A stretch of DNA of 63,621 nt, counting the filler, from Neoconidiobolus thromboides FSU 785 (lineage: Eukaryota > Fungi > Entomophthoromycota): NCBI GenBank assembly GCA_025603075.1. It is 7 parts of 7 records of this genome, joined end to end, with 100 filler letters (N's around TTAATTAATTAA, not from the genome) between each part and the next. Parts side by side here need not be neighbours in the genome. Positions count along the whole stretch, not along the records: positions 1 to 14,928 come from MU626600.1; 6 more parts are not named here. One strand, given 5' to 3'. Under the pieces are notes generated by a model. It saw nothing but the letters and a program-made list of their open reading frames with translations. It searched no databases and was not told the origin of the DNA. Position 1 is the stretch's first letter. Every line of letters starts with the position of its first letter. The position numbers and the translations under genes were made by a program. This document shows positions 1-12,179 of this stretch, piece by piece.

Positions 1-62
1 ATATATAGTTAGGAAAATTAGCTATTTAAGAAAAGGAAACAATTAAAATAAGTTTTAAATAG

Positions 63-177
63 AGACATTTAATTTTAGGCTTTTTAGATTTAACCATTAT
101 ATTGGACACAAACTTAAAATTTTAAATTTGGATTAATTTCTAAGTAAATTCTGAAACCAATTAGGACAGCCCCATAT
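63..177 (-). mobile_element. End of a second MITE-like repeat family sharing the ATATGGGG terminus (other copy at 62386-62501)
   Basis: About 115 bp, roughly 90% identical to 62386-62501. Both end in ...AGGACAGCCCCATAT. Confidence 0.7.
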
Positions 178-1018
178 TATGTACTATCCATTCCACGGTA
201 TTATCATATATCTTTGCTCCTTCTCCCAAGTCTAATTGAAATAGTTTCCCATTATCTTACTTTATTATATCAATGTTTGGTATATGAACCAATTCACATA
301 AATAATATAGATCATCCTTTGTTATCATACATTCGCCATGTTATACCCTTGGTATTACCGCATTAATTTTATAAAATAAAATACTTAAAAATAATAGAAA
401 CAGTATAGTTGTTAAAGATATTTAGGTAACACTTTTTTTAATTTTTATGTAATCTTTACTCTTTAGTTTGAATTTATTAAAACTTCCTCATGTTTTTACA
501 GTATATTATAATTTCCTAAAGCATTGATTTGATTTATTTAATTTGTTAAAACATCATACACCATTTATAGCTTGATTTTCTATACCCTTATCTCCTTCAT
601 ATCCGACATTTTTTTCTTACATTTCAATATTATCAATTTTGTGCAAGAGTTAAAGATTTGATATGTAAAACTGTTATTTTCTATGATAAAATATCATAGA
701 AAATTCGAATAAGAATCCTTATTTTATAAAAATATAAAGTGTTACATTAAAATACTAGACAACAACTATCCTTTTCATAGGCTATATATAGGTTAGTATA
801 TTTTAGCATTCAATTTCAGACGCTAATTTATAGATAGTCAAACACTTGGTCTAAATAATCATTACACTATGGTTAAAAATTCAACTATTTTAAAGGAGAA
901 ACTGTACCATATAAAAATTACAAAATTTGATTCAGTTCTCAGGATAATAAGACCAAAGTTGCATTTAAACGAATAATAAAAAATAAATAAACAACATAAG
1001 TTTACTCTACAATCCTAT

Positions 1019-1958
1019 TTATTCAAATTGAGTGTTACCACCTTTAGTAACAATTTTATAAACTCTTCCGTTTTCAGACGACTTTTCCCCACAAGCATAA
1101 TCATACAATTCACTTTAACTATTAGTATATATGTATTGAATTATAATATGATTACCTAGCAATATGAGAAAGGGGAGTCCAGCTTGAAAAATCAGAAGAT
1201 GGCATATCTTTACGATTATTAGGTGTATCAAGCATAACTCTGAGATTTATATTTAAAATAAGCAAACATAAATATAAATATATTCTTACGGTGCAATAGC
1301 AATAACCTTAGCTCCTTTTGGTAAACCGGAATTGTCTTGTGCTAAAGAGGCAGTTAATTGATGGACTGCTGCTTTGGCCATACCATAACCAATGGCAAAT
1401 GAGCTACCACCTAATGCTCCAGCAGCACCAGTTAATACCAAAAGACCGTTTCTATCAATTAAATAATCAAAATTAATAAAAATAAAAATAAAAATAAGAA
1501 AGTATACTCTTTAAGATATTTTGATGAAATATGGGAAGCGATCAAAGAAGAGTTGACACTTTGTTTCCACATTAATTCTGAAGTTTCAAAGAGCTCTAAT
1601 ATAATTAGAAAAAAACAAATTAAATTATCAATAAAAATTCACCAGTAGAAGAAGCATTTCCCATAGCAAAACCACCAGCTACATTAATAATAGCATCAAA
1701 CTTTCCAATCGATGAATTTTCAAGTTGTTTTAAAATTTCTTCACTTTGTTCTTTACATTTCTTATTCAAATCTAAAATAATTGATGTTTCAGCTTCAGAA
1801 TTGGTACGAGTATCGATGGAGAGTACTTTCTTTAAAACTAATTAGCATATATGATTTTATTTTATTTTATTTTCTATTACCCATGATTTTTGTTTGAAGT
1901 AGTTAACTAAAGTTGATCCTAAAGCTCCACTTCCTCCATAAATTAATACACTTGACAT
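1019..1958 (-). CDS. QDPR: Dihydropteridine reductase (QDPR/DHPR, SDR family), multi-exon
   Basis: Manual spliced translation gives [14 protein letters not shown] (Rossmann), [39 protein letters not shown] and [22 protein letters not shown], matching QDPR motifs. GT-AG introns. Confidence 0.9.
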
Positions 1959-2485
1959 TTTTGTTATTTGTTAATAAAGATAAATCTATTTTTTTATTTT
2001 TAAATTCTTCAAGTAGATATTCTATTGAAATGAAATTCCACAACATTGGAAGTTGATAGGTTCAAATGAAAGCTGATGTCACTTATCCAAGGTACTAACA
2101 AAATTAAAATAATCATTACAAGGACTTTTCTATTATTTTGAAAAAGGTTTATTTTTTATACAGCTAATAATTTTTTTTATATTTATTTCCTATATGATCG
2201 ATATATAATTTGTTAATTTATATTAAAAATAGGATTTAAATAGAAATTATTAAAGTCAAAAATTTATTATTTAAGTATTTTTTTAAAATTTTTCCTTATT
2301 ATTATTAAGTTATTTAATATCATTTTAAAAATATAATTTGAATTTGTATACTCAGATACTTAGACTTATATTCAATGTTCTATATGTCTATTTAAAAGCT
2401 TAATTCAAATTCAAATTAAATTTACTATTTTGCTTATTTTGTCCATATTCTATGTAGCATAAAGTTTTGAAAATAATTAAATAAA

Positions 2486-2592
2486 ATATGAAGATGTTTT
2501 TTTTGATTTTATTGCTTTTCCATTTTTCAAGCACTATTTGAGTGGAAAGAGTATTAGTGAAATTCTTAAACAAAAAAACAGATCCCCCATAT
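2486..2592 (-). mobile_element. ~105-bp MITE copy
   Basis: Matches the consensus with ATATG.../...CCCCATAT termini. Confidence 0.8.
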
Positions 2593-2656
2593 TAAAAAAT
2601 TATTCTAATTTTGTTTTATTTTATTTTATTTCAATATTAAAAAAAAGATATTGTAT

Positions 2657-2831
2657 TCAATTAACATAATTATTTAGGTACATAAAAAAGGACCGTTAAT
2701 AAAAATAAAGCATTAGTAATAACAAAGCCTAAAAATGCTAACCAACCTGCATATGAAAGTAGTAATGGGAAAATCAATGTTACTAAAAAACTTATACTAT
2801 ATATAAAAAATAAATAATTAATATCTTATTA

Positions 2832-2865
<34 letters not shown>

Positions 2866-4163
2866 TTACATCCAATTCAAACATAATGCAATACCCGAGA
2901 TAAAATCTAAATAAACCTTAGGCACTAATTCGGGTAACATAATATAAGATAAAGATAATAATCCAAAATTATAAAAAACAATAAAAATTAATACTAAAAA
3001 TAAAGTTATTATTAATATTGTTAATAAATTAAAAATATAAAAAAGCACTTACTAGCCACAATCTGGACGATTCCATTTTTAAAATAAGCAGCAATTAATA
3101 CAATTAACCAAGCTAATGTTTGAATAATGGCACCTAACAATAGTAAAGTTTTACGATGAAATTTATCAACTATAAAAGTGGTCACTAAAGAAGCTAATAA
3201 TGTAATTGCAGCTACTCCAATGATAGCCGAATAAGCATCAGTTGGACTTAAGTTTTGTTGCAATATTGATAAAGAATAAAACAATAATGCAGAAATACCA
3301 CAGATTTCTTGAAAACAAATTAAACTAATGGCTAACAAACAATTATGAAATATTGTTTTATCTTTAAATATATTCTTATAACTTATAGTTGGATTTTTTT
3401 CTTCATTTAATTCGAGTAATATGTTCTTCATTTCATTTTCAATATTATATCCTTTTCTTAATAATTTTAAATTTGTTTCAGCTAAACTTAATTCCTTCTT
3501 TAATACTAATGTTTTTGGCGACTCAATAATTTGAACTGTTAGTATCAATTGAACAAATCCAATAACTGCAATAAACGCTAAATAAATACGCCAATTAATG
3601 CCTTTTTCGACCATAATACCTAAGATCATGGAAATAAAATAACCTAAAGAAATAGCTACACAAGTCAATGAGGAAATAGCACCATGGAGTTGGATAGTAG
3701 CAATATCCCCTAAATAAGTAGGTAATATAACCGTAGAAAAGCCAATAGCAATTCCAATCAAGATTCGTCCAATCAGCAATTGAAGAAATCCATAGGCTGA
3801 GGCTAATAAGATACCGCCAATAATATAAATAATTGGAGGTATAAAGAAGGATTTTTTATAACCCAAGCGATGAATTGAATACCCACTTAATAAAGATCCT
3901 ATTAAAGCACCAATAGCTATGATTCCTATTATTAAACTCCATTCAAATTCATTTAATTCAATACACGTAACGGAAGATTGTGTATTACAATCACTTATAT
4001 AAGTAGCCATTAAGTTAGAGACAGCTAAATTATAACCCATATTAAAACAGGTTAAACTAGCTATTAAAGAGATTATCGTTAATTGCTTCGTTAATTTACA
4101 TGTTAATGAATCAGGTTCTTGTGGGTCTATATGGATTATGGAATCAGTTTTTGTATGATACAT
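2657..4163 (-). CDS. MFS sugar (GLUT-like hexose) transporter, 3 exons
   Basis: ORF 3021-4163 has GYNLAVSN, GRILIGIAIG, YLGDIA...GAISS, ESPK, QEICGISALLFY and VDKFHRK. It splices to exons near 2866-2975 (MLPELVP) and 2657-2797. Confidence 0.88.
2835..2864. repeat. (AAT)n microsatellite in an intron
   Basis: About 10 tandem AAT units. Confidence 0.9.
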
Positions 4164-5112
4164 AATAGTTTATAATATTGAAGATACTTTAATATTTCAA
4201 TAGACTTTGTTATTAAATATAAAAAAGGAGTTGAATTTTATTCAATTAAAATATTTCAATGTTTCAAATAAAGTTGATAGTATTTATATCGAATTGAATG
4301 AATTGTTGTAATATTATTAATAATAAGTTAATAAATTAATAAAGATAAAATTATTAATAAACTTTAAATAAAATTAATTAAGAGGAGGAGATGAAATTTA
4401 TTTTTCATTTTTTATTTTTTTATAACTTTTCTTTTATTTAGTAACTAAAACGATCATTTGGCATAAAGTGAACTAGAAAATTTGACCAATCTAGAAAGCA
4501 GCATGAATTTCTAAATTTGAAATCAACTTTGCTTTTATTTGATTTTTATTTCCCACTCTAATGTTCTGAATATTTAAGATTTATTTAATGTATTATCAAA
4601 TGATATTAAAAAAACAAGTTATTAACCATAATATTTCAGCTGTCAAGTATAAATATTAAACATTAAATATTAAATTGACTATATTAATTTATTTTTTAAT
4701 TGTTTTATCTTTTTAAACTTAGTATAGTATTTTTACTTATTAATTTATCATAATATATTTCTATTACGATCACTGGTTTAGATCTTAAGATACAAAATAT
4801 TTGTTTTTATAACTATTGAATATTTATAAATAAATGCAATAGGATATAGCATCTCATTGAAGTCTTCTTGTTCATTAGAATATTATTTATTCTTTTATCT
4901 ATATCTGTTATTTTTTTACTTAATATATAAAATATCACTAATCAAACCTATTTTTATCTATCCCTTGTTATTGAATATACTTAATATCTCAGATTTATAT
5001 TGACATGTCTCATTTTGAAAACATTAATATTCATAATCAAATATTGTAAGTTTCAATGTTAGGATAACAAATGACTGTTTTTATTAAATTCAATAATATA
5101 TCATTTAATACT

Positions 5113-5250
5113 ATTTTAATTTTATTTTAATTTTATTTTAATTTTATTTTAATTTTATTTTAATTTTATTTTAATAAAAATTGAATTAAGAACTATCCCA
5201 ATTGAAATTATGATAATAAGTTAAATTAAATTAAATTAAATTAAATTAAA
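5113..5250. repeat. (TTTTA/TTTTAA)n and (TTAAA)n microsatellites
   Basis: Tandem ATTTTAATTTT units at ~5113-5172 and TTAAA x6 at ~5221-5250. Confidence 0.8.
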
Positions 5251-5374
5251 ATATTGTTTATATACAATCATTATAATTATTTAGTTATAAAAACATTTTA
5301 TTATTATTAATATAATAAAAACTGATTATTGATCTATTCTCTATTTTATTTACAATGATGATATTAATTAATAA

Positions 5375-5478
5375 TAATGGGGATGTATTTTTTTGCTTAG
5401 GAATTTTGCTAACAATTATTCCACTCAAATAGCACTTGAAAAATGGAAAGAGTAATGAAATCAAAAAATACCCCTTGA
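5375..5478 (+). mobile_element. ~105-bp MITE copy
   Basis: Matches the consensus TAATGGGGATGTATTTTT...AAAAAATACCCC. Confidence 0.8.
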
Positions 5479-5811
5479 TGGTGGCTATTTATCAAGTAAC
5501 TTAATTAATTAATAAATTCTTAAAAGTTACTACCAAGGTCTCTTATATTAAATTTATATAATCATTCTATAATTGAAATATTATACTATTACTTAGTAAC
5601 TTAATTGATAAGTCCTTTAAAATTACTGATAAAGCCTTTAAATTAATATACTAAATTTTATTATTACTATTTATATTCTAAAGTTCATTGTATAAGTGGA
5701 ATACAATTAATAATTTAATAATTAATATTTTATTATGAAATAAAACAACAACTAAAATGAATACACCTATCTTGTAAACTCTATCACTACTCATGATCTT
5801 TCCCTCTTCCT

Positions 5812-6909
5812 TTACACACAAGCCTTTTCGGCTCTCAAAGATAATTGATGATGTCTAATTCTATCTTTTGAAAACAAACCAAAATGTTTTTCTACTCCAT
5901 TAAACAATTTAAATTCTTTCCATCCTGAATCATAAGCTTCAAAGAGATAATAATGAATTTTATAATAATCACATAAACAAATCAATTTTTTAAAGAAACT
6001 TTCTTGTTCTTTAAAACCTGGAATACCTGTATTATCTACCTGTTGTCCCCCATTAGGCCATCCAGTTTCTCCTATAATAATCGGTTTGTTATGTATCGAA
6101 TATATAGATTGAAATCGTAAATATTGATCTAATACTCGTAAAGCAGCTTCTTTACTTGGATTTAATTTCTGATCGAAATATGGATGAATATTTAATAAAA
6201 TAGCATCTGATTCCTCCGCTAATTCATGATCCCATAAAATAGGTATTTCTGTTGTATATACTGGTATATTTAAATCAAATTCTTTAACTATTGATTTAAC
6301 TTTTCTTAACATATCAATTAATTCCATTTTACTTAATGATTTAGTAAATAATTCTTCATTACCAACACAAATACCAATAATATTATCCTCCCTTCCTCTT
6401 CCTTTACTTCTTAAATATTCTACTTCATCTAATACTTTCTTTAATTCTTTACTCTCAATCTCAAATCTTCCTTCCCCTCTTACCCACATACCAATCATTA
6501 ATTTCATGTTAGGTGCTAATCTATTAATACTTGATAATACCATTGATGTTTGGTTACAGTCCATACCGTATAAATGTAATCTTGAGGTAATCGGACTTAT
6601 TAATTTAATATCTTGATCAATTTCTCTTTGAGTTGGACATCTTCCTTCTCGATATGGAGAATAAATCATACCATGAATATTGAGGTTGGAGGAATCAGTT
6701 AAAGTATCAATATTATTTGCAAATTGATTATTAATACTAGTTAATTGAGTTTGTTCTCGATTTGAAATAGGTTGATTTAAGTCTTGATTAGTACTTGATG
6801 ATGCTATTGATAATTGAGATTTATCAAGTTGAATTTTTAAACATTGATTTAAGTTTATAAAAAGCAATGCTGATGATAATAAAGATAATAAAGATAATAA
6901 AGATTTCAT
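5812..6909 (-). CDS. Secreted GH17 beta-1,3-glucanase/glucanosyltransferase (BGL2/SCW4-like)
   Basis: Signal peptide; IYSPY, RLHLYGMDC, ICVGNE and IGETGWP catalytic motifs; YYLFEAYD and EKHFGLF. Confidence 0.9.
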   Translation of the reverse strand: MKSLLSLLSLLSSALLFINLNQCLKIQLDKSQLSIASSSTNQDLNQPISNREQTQLTSINNQFANNIDTLTDSSNLNIHGMIYSPYREGRCPTQREIDQDIKLISPITSRLHLYGMDCNQTSMVLSSINRLAPNMKLMIGMWVRGEGRFEIESKELKKVLDEVEYLRSKGRGREDNIIGICVGNEELFTKSLSKMELIDMLRKVKSIVKEFDLNIPVYTTEIPILWDHELAEESDAILLNIHPYFDQKLNPSKEAALRVLDQYLRFQSIYSIHNKPIIIGETGWPNGGQQVDNTGIPGFKEQESFFKKLICLCDYYKIHYYLFEAYDSGWKEFKLFNGVEKHFGLFSKDRIRHHQLSLRAEKACV

Positions 6910-7292
6910 GAGATTATTATGCTATTAATTAATGTTGTATAGTAATAAAAATAACAAAGTATATTCATTAATATTTATTGATATTTATTTATTTTTATTT
7001 GCATTTGTATTTTTGTATTAAAATTCTTTTTTTTTTCATATTAAAGTTTCATAATTAAATTTCCAAGTTTCAAATTACTTCTCATTCAATTAGTTGATTT
7101 AATAAATCCTTTCCAATTTAAGAAATTGATTGGAATTTTAATAACGATTTTATTTTATGTTGGCGTTTTATTAAATTAGATTTAAAAGCTTTTAAATTGA
7201 TAGCTATTTGATATTTTTGAAGCTAACTTATTTTTATAATAAAATTATAGCTATTTATATTTTTTTTCCTTGAAAGTAATCTAGTTCATTAA

Positions 7293-7493
7293 CCCTTTGA
7301 GTACCAAACATTTCAAAAAATATTTCATTCAATTAAATTGAGATTTTGTTTAATCAGGATTAATAATTTGATGAATAATGTTTATTCTAGCTTAATTTCG
7401 ATTTAATATCATATGTAAAAGCAATGTTTGTCCTAACTTAATTTTGCTCTACAAAAATTTGACAAGTATAATTCGTCTAGAGTACTCAAGTAG
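7293..7493. mobile_element. Degenerate piggyBac-like MITE relic
   Basis: TTAA|CCCTTTGAGTAC ... GTACTCAAGTAG|TTAA. The TIRs match at 9/12 positions and TTAA flanks both sides. Confidence 0.35.
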
Positions 7494-7820
7494 TTAAGTT
7501 ATTATTTCAGATTAGCTTAGTCTTTCTCTCTTTAAAAATTGAGTTAATTTCCTTTAGAAGCAACTTTTTTATAGTAATACTTATGTCACTGAAAAGTTTT
7601 TAGAATTCTCTTAATTGTTGTTAAAAGAGAATAATTTTGAAATTATTTTGTACCTTTCTAATAAATAAATTATTAACAAAATATTATTATAGAATAGAAA
7701 GATAATTTCAATTTCATGTTTAATTGGATCCATTTTTAACTTTATTATATTGAGATCAATGAGTTGATCTTTTATTAATATACAAATTATTAGAATAAAA
7801 ATGATTCAAACCTAATTCAA

Positions 7821-7847
7821 AGAAAGTTCTAGAAATTGATTCTAGAA
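7821..7847. promoter_or_regulatory. Heat shock element upstream of SGT1
   Basis: aGAAagTTCtaGAAa is three perfect alternating nGAAn units, followed by a second TTCtaGAA, 70-95 bp before the SGT1 ATG. Confidence 0.6.
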
Positions 7848-7915
7848 GTTAAATCGAAACCTAAAAAATATTGATTTTTTATTTTTCAATACAACAAAAG
7901 TAACAAATTAAATAA

Positions 7916-9438
7916 ATGATATTTAACCTTGATCAACATACCAACACTACCCCAGATCCACGTCTTGTTCAAGCGGAAGATTATTTTAAATCCTCGGATT
8001 ATGAGAATGCATTAAATCTATATAATGATATTTTGAGAAATAAAGGACTTATTGAAGAAATTGATTTATTATATAAAAAAGGGTTATGTTTATATCATTT
8101 AAAACGCCGAGAGGAAGCATTAGTAGATATAACAAAAGTAATATTAACATTGGAAAAGAAAAAACCCATAGATAAAAAACTGTTAGCGGAAGTATATTAT
8201 AGGAAAGGGTAAGTTTAATAAATTGAAATTTAGTTTAAAATATGAAATTATTTAAAATAATTACTTTACTTTTAGATTATTATTATTTGAGTTAACTCGT
8301 TATCCACAAGCACTTAAAGCCTATAAAAAAGCGGAACAATTGGGCTATAAAAACGATATTAAAGAATTAATTCAACAAGTGGAACCCATGGTACCTAAAG
8401 GTAAAATAAGACAAAAAAAGAAACACATACATAGTTTTTTTTAAAAATGTTTTATAATTAATAAACTCTATTATTTATTAGATGAATCTAATAAAGATAG
8501 TATCGAAACTATCAAACCAAAAGATATTAAAACTCAGCCAAAACCTGCTCCAGTAGAACAGAAGAGGGAAGTAATTCAACCTAAACCAGTTGGGTTTTCT
8601 ATTCCAGATAAAATTCGGTAACAAATTTTTGATTTTTAATTATTTTAATGGAAGTTTAATTTTGTACAAGTCATGAATGGTATCAAACGGATTCCTCTGT
8701 AATTGTTAGTATATTTATAAAGAAAGCCGATGCTAAAAAAACAAACGTTGAGTTTAAAGAAAAAGAAGTAAGTCTTATTTGAAATACTAACAATAAATAT
8801 TAAAAATTGATATTTTTATTGATTAGTTTACTTTAATAATTCAACAAGATAATAGCTCTGACTTTCAATTTACAATTGATCCCTTATTAAATGAAATTGA
8901 TCCCAAAGAATGTAAATTTGAAGTGTTATCTACTAAAATTGAAATTACATTAAAAAAAGTCAATTTTGGATTAAAATGGAGTGCACTAGAAGCAAGTGAA
9001 GAAACTTTGGTTAAAAAAGCGACTACAGGTAAAAAAGAAAAGAAAAGATGTTATTGATTATATTCAAAAGGAATAGAAATTAAATTATCTTAATAGATGC
9101 GCCAAGATATCCATCAAGTAGTAAAAATGCTAAAAACTGGGATCAATTAGCAACTAAAATAGAAAAAGAACTTGCAGAAGAAGAAAAAGATCATGAAAAT
9201 GTAAATGCAGCATTTCAACAAATTTATGCTAACGCGGATGATGATACAAGAAAGGCGATGATGAAATCGTATATTGAATCAAATGGTACTTCGTTGTCTA
9301 CTAATTGGGAAGAAGTATCTAAAAAGAAAATGGAAATTAATCCCCCAGATGGACTTGTGGCTAAAAAGGTAAATGATTTGATTTTAAAATTGATCTTTAT
9401 CAATATTGATTTTTTGTTTTTGTTTTTAGTGGGAATGA
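7916..9438 (+). CDS. SGT1: SGT1 Hsp90 co-chaperone (TPR-CS-SGS), multi-exon
   Basis: TPR N-terminus; CS domain (HEWYQTDSSVIVSIFIK, LSTKIEITLKK); SGS domain (FQQIYANADDDTRKAMMKSYIESNGTSLSTNWEEV...PPDG); last exon TGG GAA TGA. Confidence 0.92.
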
Positions 9439-9978
9439 ACATAATATTTTTTTAACGGATTATAAAATTGATCAAATAAAATAAGCTTGATAATATACTT
9501 CAATCAACATTTTAAGAATTAGCTTTAAATCAATTAAATTCCTGAAAATTTCAATAGTTTATAATTGTTATCATTGTTGTTTAAGTTGAAGTAACGTTAT
9601 AATGTTATTGATTTAACAATTTAAGTTTATAAGAACTTGTAAGGTAATTAATAGATTATAAAGTGAATATAAATGAAATCAATTATTCATTTTCAATTTA
9701 CTTGTCAACTATAAATCTAAAAAATGGGAGATCTAGCCTCAATATAATGACTTAATAAAACTCAAAGATTTAAAAAATAATTAGTTTAAAAAGTTTTAAA
9801 AAGTATTTTAAGTTGATTGAACTGAATAACTAAGAACTAAGGATTTTAAAATTTTATTTAGAAATAAATTAATTATGCTAAAGGTAATAAAACTTTTATT
9901 TTTGTTATTAAATAAAGTTCAAACAGATACTAAATTACTCACAAATTAATAAGTATAATAATAGTTTAGAGTGGAAAT

Positions 9979-10071
9979 ATATGGGGATGTATTTTTTTAA
10001 GAATTTTACTAATAATTATTCTACTCAAATAGCGCTTGAAAAATAGAAAATGTAATGAAATTTAAAAAAAC
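9979..10071 (+). mobile_element. MITE copy, 3'-truncated
   Basis: Consensus match lacking the terminal CCCCATAT. Confidence 0.75.
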
Positions 10072-10192
10072 TGACAGAAGCTAAAAATATTTAAAATATG
10101 TGATGTTAAAATAATATTTACAACATTTAGGATAGAACTAATCATTAAGTTATTTTATTATTATTATTATTACTATCGTTAAAAAACTTAAT

Positions 10193-10298
10193 ATATGGGG
10201 ATGTATTTTCGTGTTTAAGAATTTTACTAACAATTTTTCCGCTTAAATAGTGCTTAAAAAATGGAAAAAATAATGAAGTTAAAAAAACACTCCTATAT
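10193..10298 (+). mobile_element. ~105-bp MITE copy
   Basis: Near-consensus copy. Confidence 0.85.
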
Positions 10299-10351
10299 AT
10301 CTTTATAAATAACATAACATTGAAATTAATTTTTCATAACTAAATAGTTTA

Positions 10352-10456
10352 ATATGATGATGTTTTTTTTGGTTTCATTACTTTTATTTTTTAAGTGCTA
10401 TTTGAGGGGAAAGGTTGTTGCTTAGGTCCTTAAACAAAAAAATACATCCCCAATAT
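10352..10456 (-). mobile_element. ~105-bp MITE copy
   Basis: Consensus match, inverted relative to the 10193 copy. Confidence 0.8.
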
Positions 10457-11849
10457 AAAATTATAAACTAAAAGTAATAATAATAATATAATTTGATTTT
10501 TATATTTTTGGTTGTTTTCTAACTTTATATCAATACTCATTTCATACATAATATTATTCAAACTAACATACAAAATATATTCGGATTTTGCTTTTACTAT
10601 TATTTTATGTTCAAAATAGACAAAAATTATAAATGCAGACCCAATTACATTAACTTTTTTCTAATTCAAATTTATTACAAAAAGCAAATTAAGCCAAAAC
10701 TTTAAAAGAGAGCCCGTTTTTAGAAATTTATTAAATAGTCAACAAGAATTAAGTGAAATTTCAACTCAATTTAGTTTGAATTTCTTTTGAACTATTGACA
10801 TTGGACAAAATACTGCTTTTTCTATATAAGATAATTTTCTAATAAAGTAGAGTTATATAAAATATATAAACAATATTATCATAATATATAATTTCAGTAA
10901 TAAAATTTTAAAAATAACTCAATTGCTTTTCAAAACGATTATAAATAACCTTAAAGTTCTAATACTTTATGGAACAAGTGTCACTCTTATTAAATGAAAT
11001 GATTTCATTAAGAAAAATGAAGTTAAAAGAATTCAGTTATATTACTTTGTACAATAATACTATAAAGCACAGTGATAAAGTTATTAGTTTTATTATAAAT
11101 GTTAATGATATTAATACTGTTATTGTTATTCTATTATTCAACCTATTCTCTAATTATTAGAAGTATCTTTATTTAAATTGAATTAATATACTGATAATTT
11201 TAAAATTATATTTATATAAAAATTAAATTTGAGGAATATACTTTGATGTTTTTTTAAAATTAGAGTGAGCTAAAAATAGAAAAAGGGCTTTAAAAATAAT
11301 TCATTTTTTTAAAATCGAAACTTACTTTATATAAAAAGAAATTATATATTAATTATATATTATTATATCGAGTTTAATACATGCTATTTAAGTTGATTAA
11401 ACTATTCGTAAATACGAGCATTTCATTAAGTAGATGAAGATAGTGGTGAAAGATAAAAGTTCAATAGAAAGCGGAAGCTTTCAAAAAACCAAGAAGAATG
11501 ATTTCATTTAGTATTAAGTCTAGAAAGTTGTAACTAAAATCCAACAAATGATATTCGATTTTTTTTAAGAAAGTGAAGTTTAAATTCCAAAAATAGACAA
11601 GATATGCTTAAAAATTGGAAACTAAAATAAAAAGTTTCAAACCAATTTAAGGCATAAAGACTCAGGGCTTTTTTTAAAATTCCTAAATCAAAACACTTTG
11701 TTAAGCTACCGCACCATCAAAAAAATGTGATAATTTGAAACGGAAATTTGGCAAAAAAGTATATAAATAAAATGGCATATTCTTTTTTTAAATTATAATT
11801 TTATTAAATATAAAAAACAGTTCTACTCCTTTAAAATATATTATAAACA

Positions 11850-12179
11850 ATGATTAGTATCAGAGAAACTAACAATCAACTTTCCCGAGGTATCTTACCT
11901 TCTTCTTTGGATTATGGTTATATACCTAACGCAGATAAATTAGAAGAATGTTTAAGAAGACAACAACAAGCTAGTAATTATGATCAAGCAGATCTATTAA
12001 TTGAAGAAATTAAATCAGTTCAACCATATGAAAGTAGTCCAAGTAGTATCTACTATACTGATGATTATGATGAATTTGAATATGTGGAATCGTATACTTA
12101 TGAAAAGAAAGCAAAAACTGGCAATAAATTTAAGAAAAGTATATCCAAAATGAAGAGCTCTATTATGGGTTTCTTTTAA
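11850..12179 (+). CDS. Small unknown protein (109 aa, Tyr/acid-rich centre, basic amphipathic C-terminus)
   Basis: Clean ATG ORF with AAACAATG context and an upstream TATAAAAA; higher GC than flanks; no family recognised. Confidence 0.6.
   Translation: MISIRETNNQLSRGILPSSLDYGYIPNADKLEECLRRQQQASNYDQADLLIEEIKSVQPYESSPSSIYYTDDYDEFEYVESYTYEKKAKTGNKFKKSISKMKSSIMGFF

Noticed and set aside
10969-11160. AT-rich ORFs at 10969, 31981, 39498, 51872 and 62519
   Set aside because: Low-complexity I/L/N/K/F composition typical of random AT-rich DNA; no motifs
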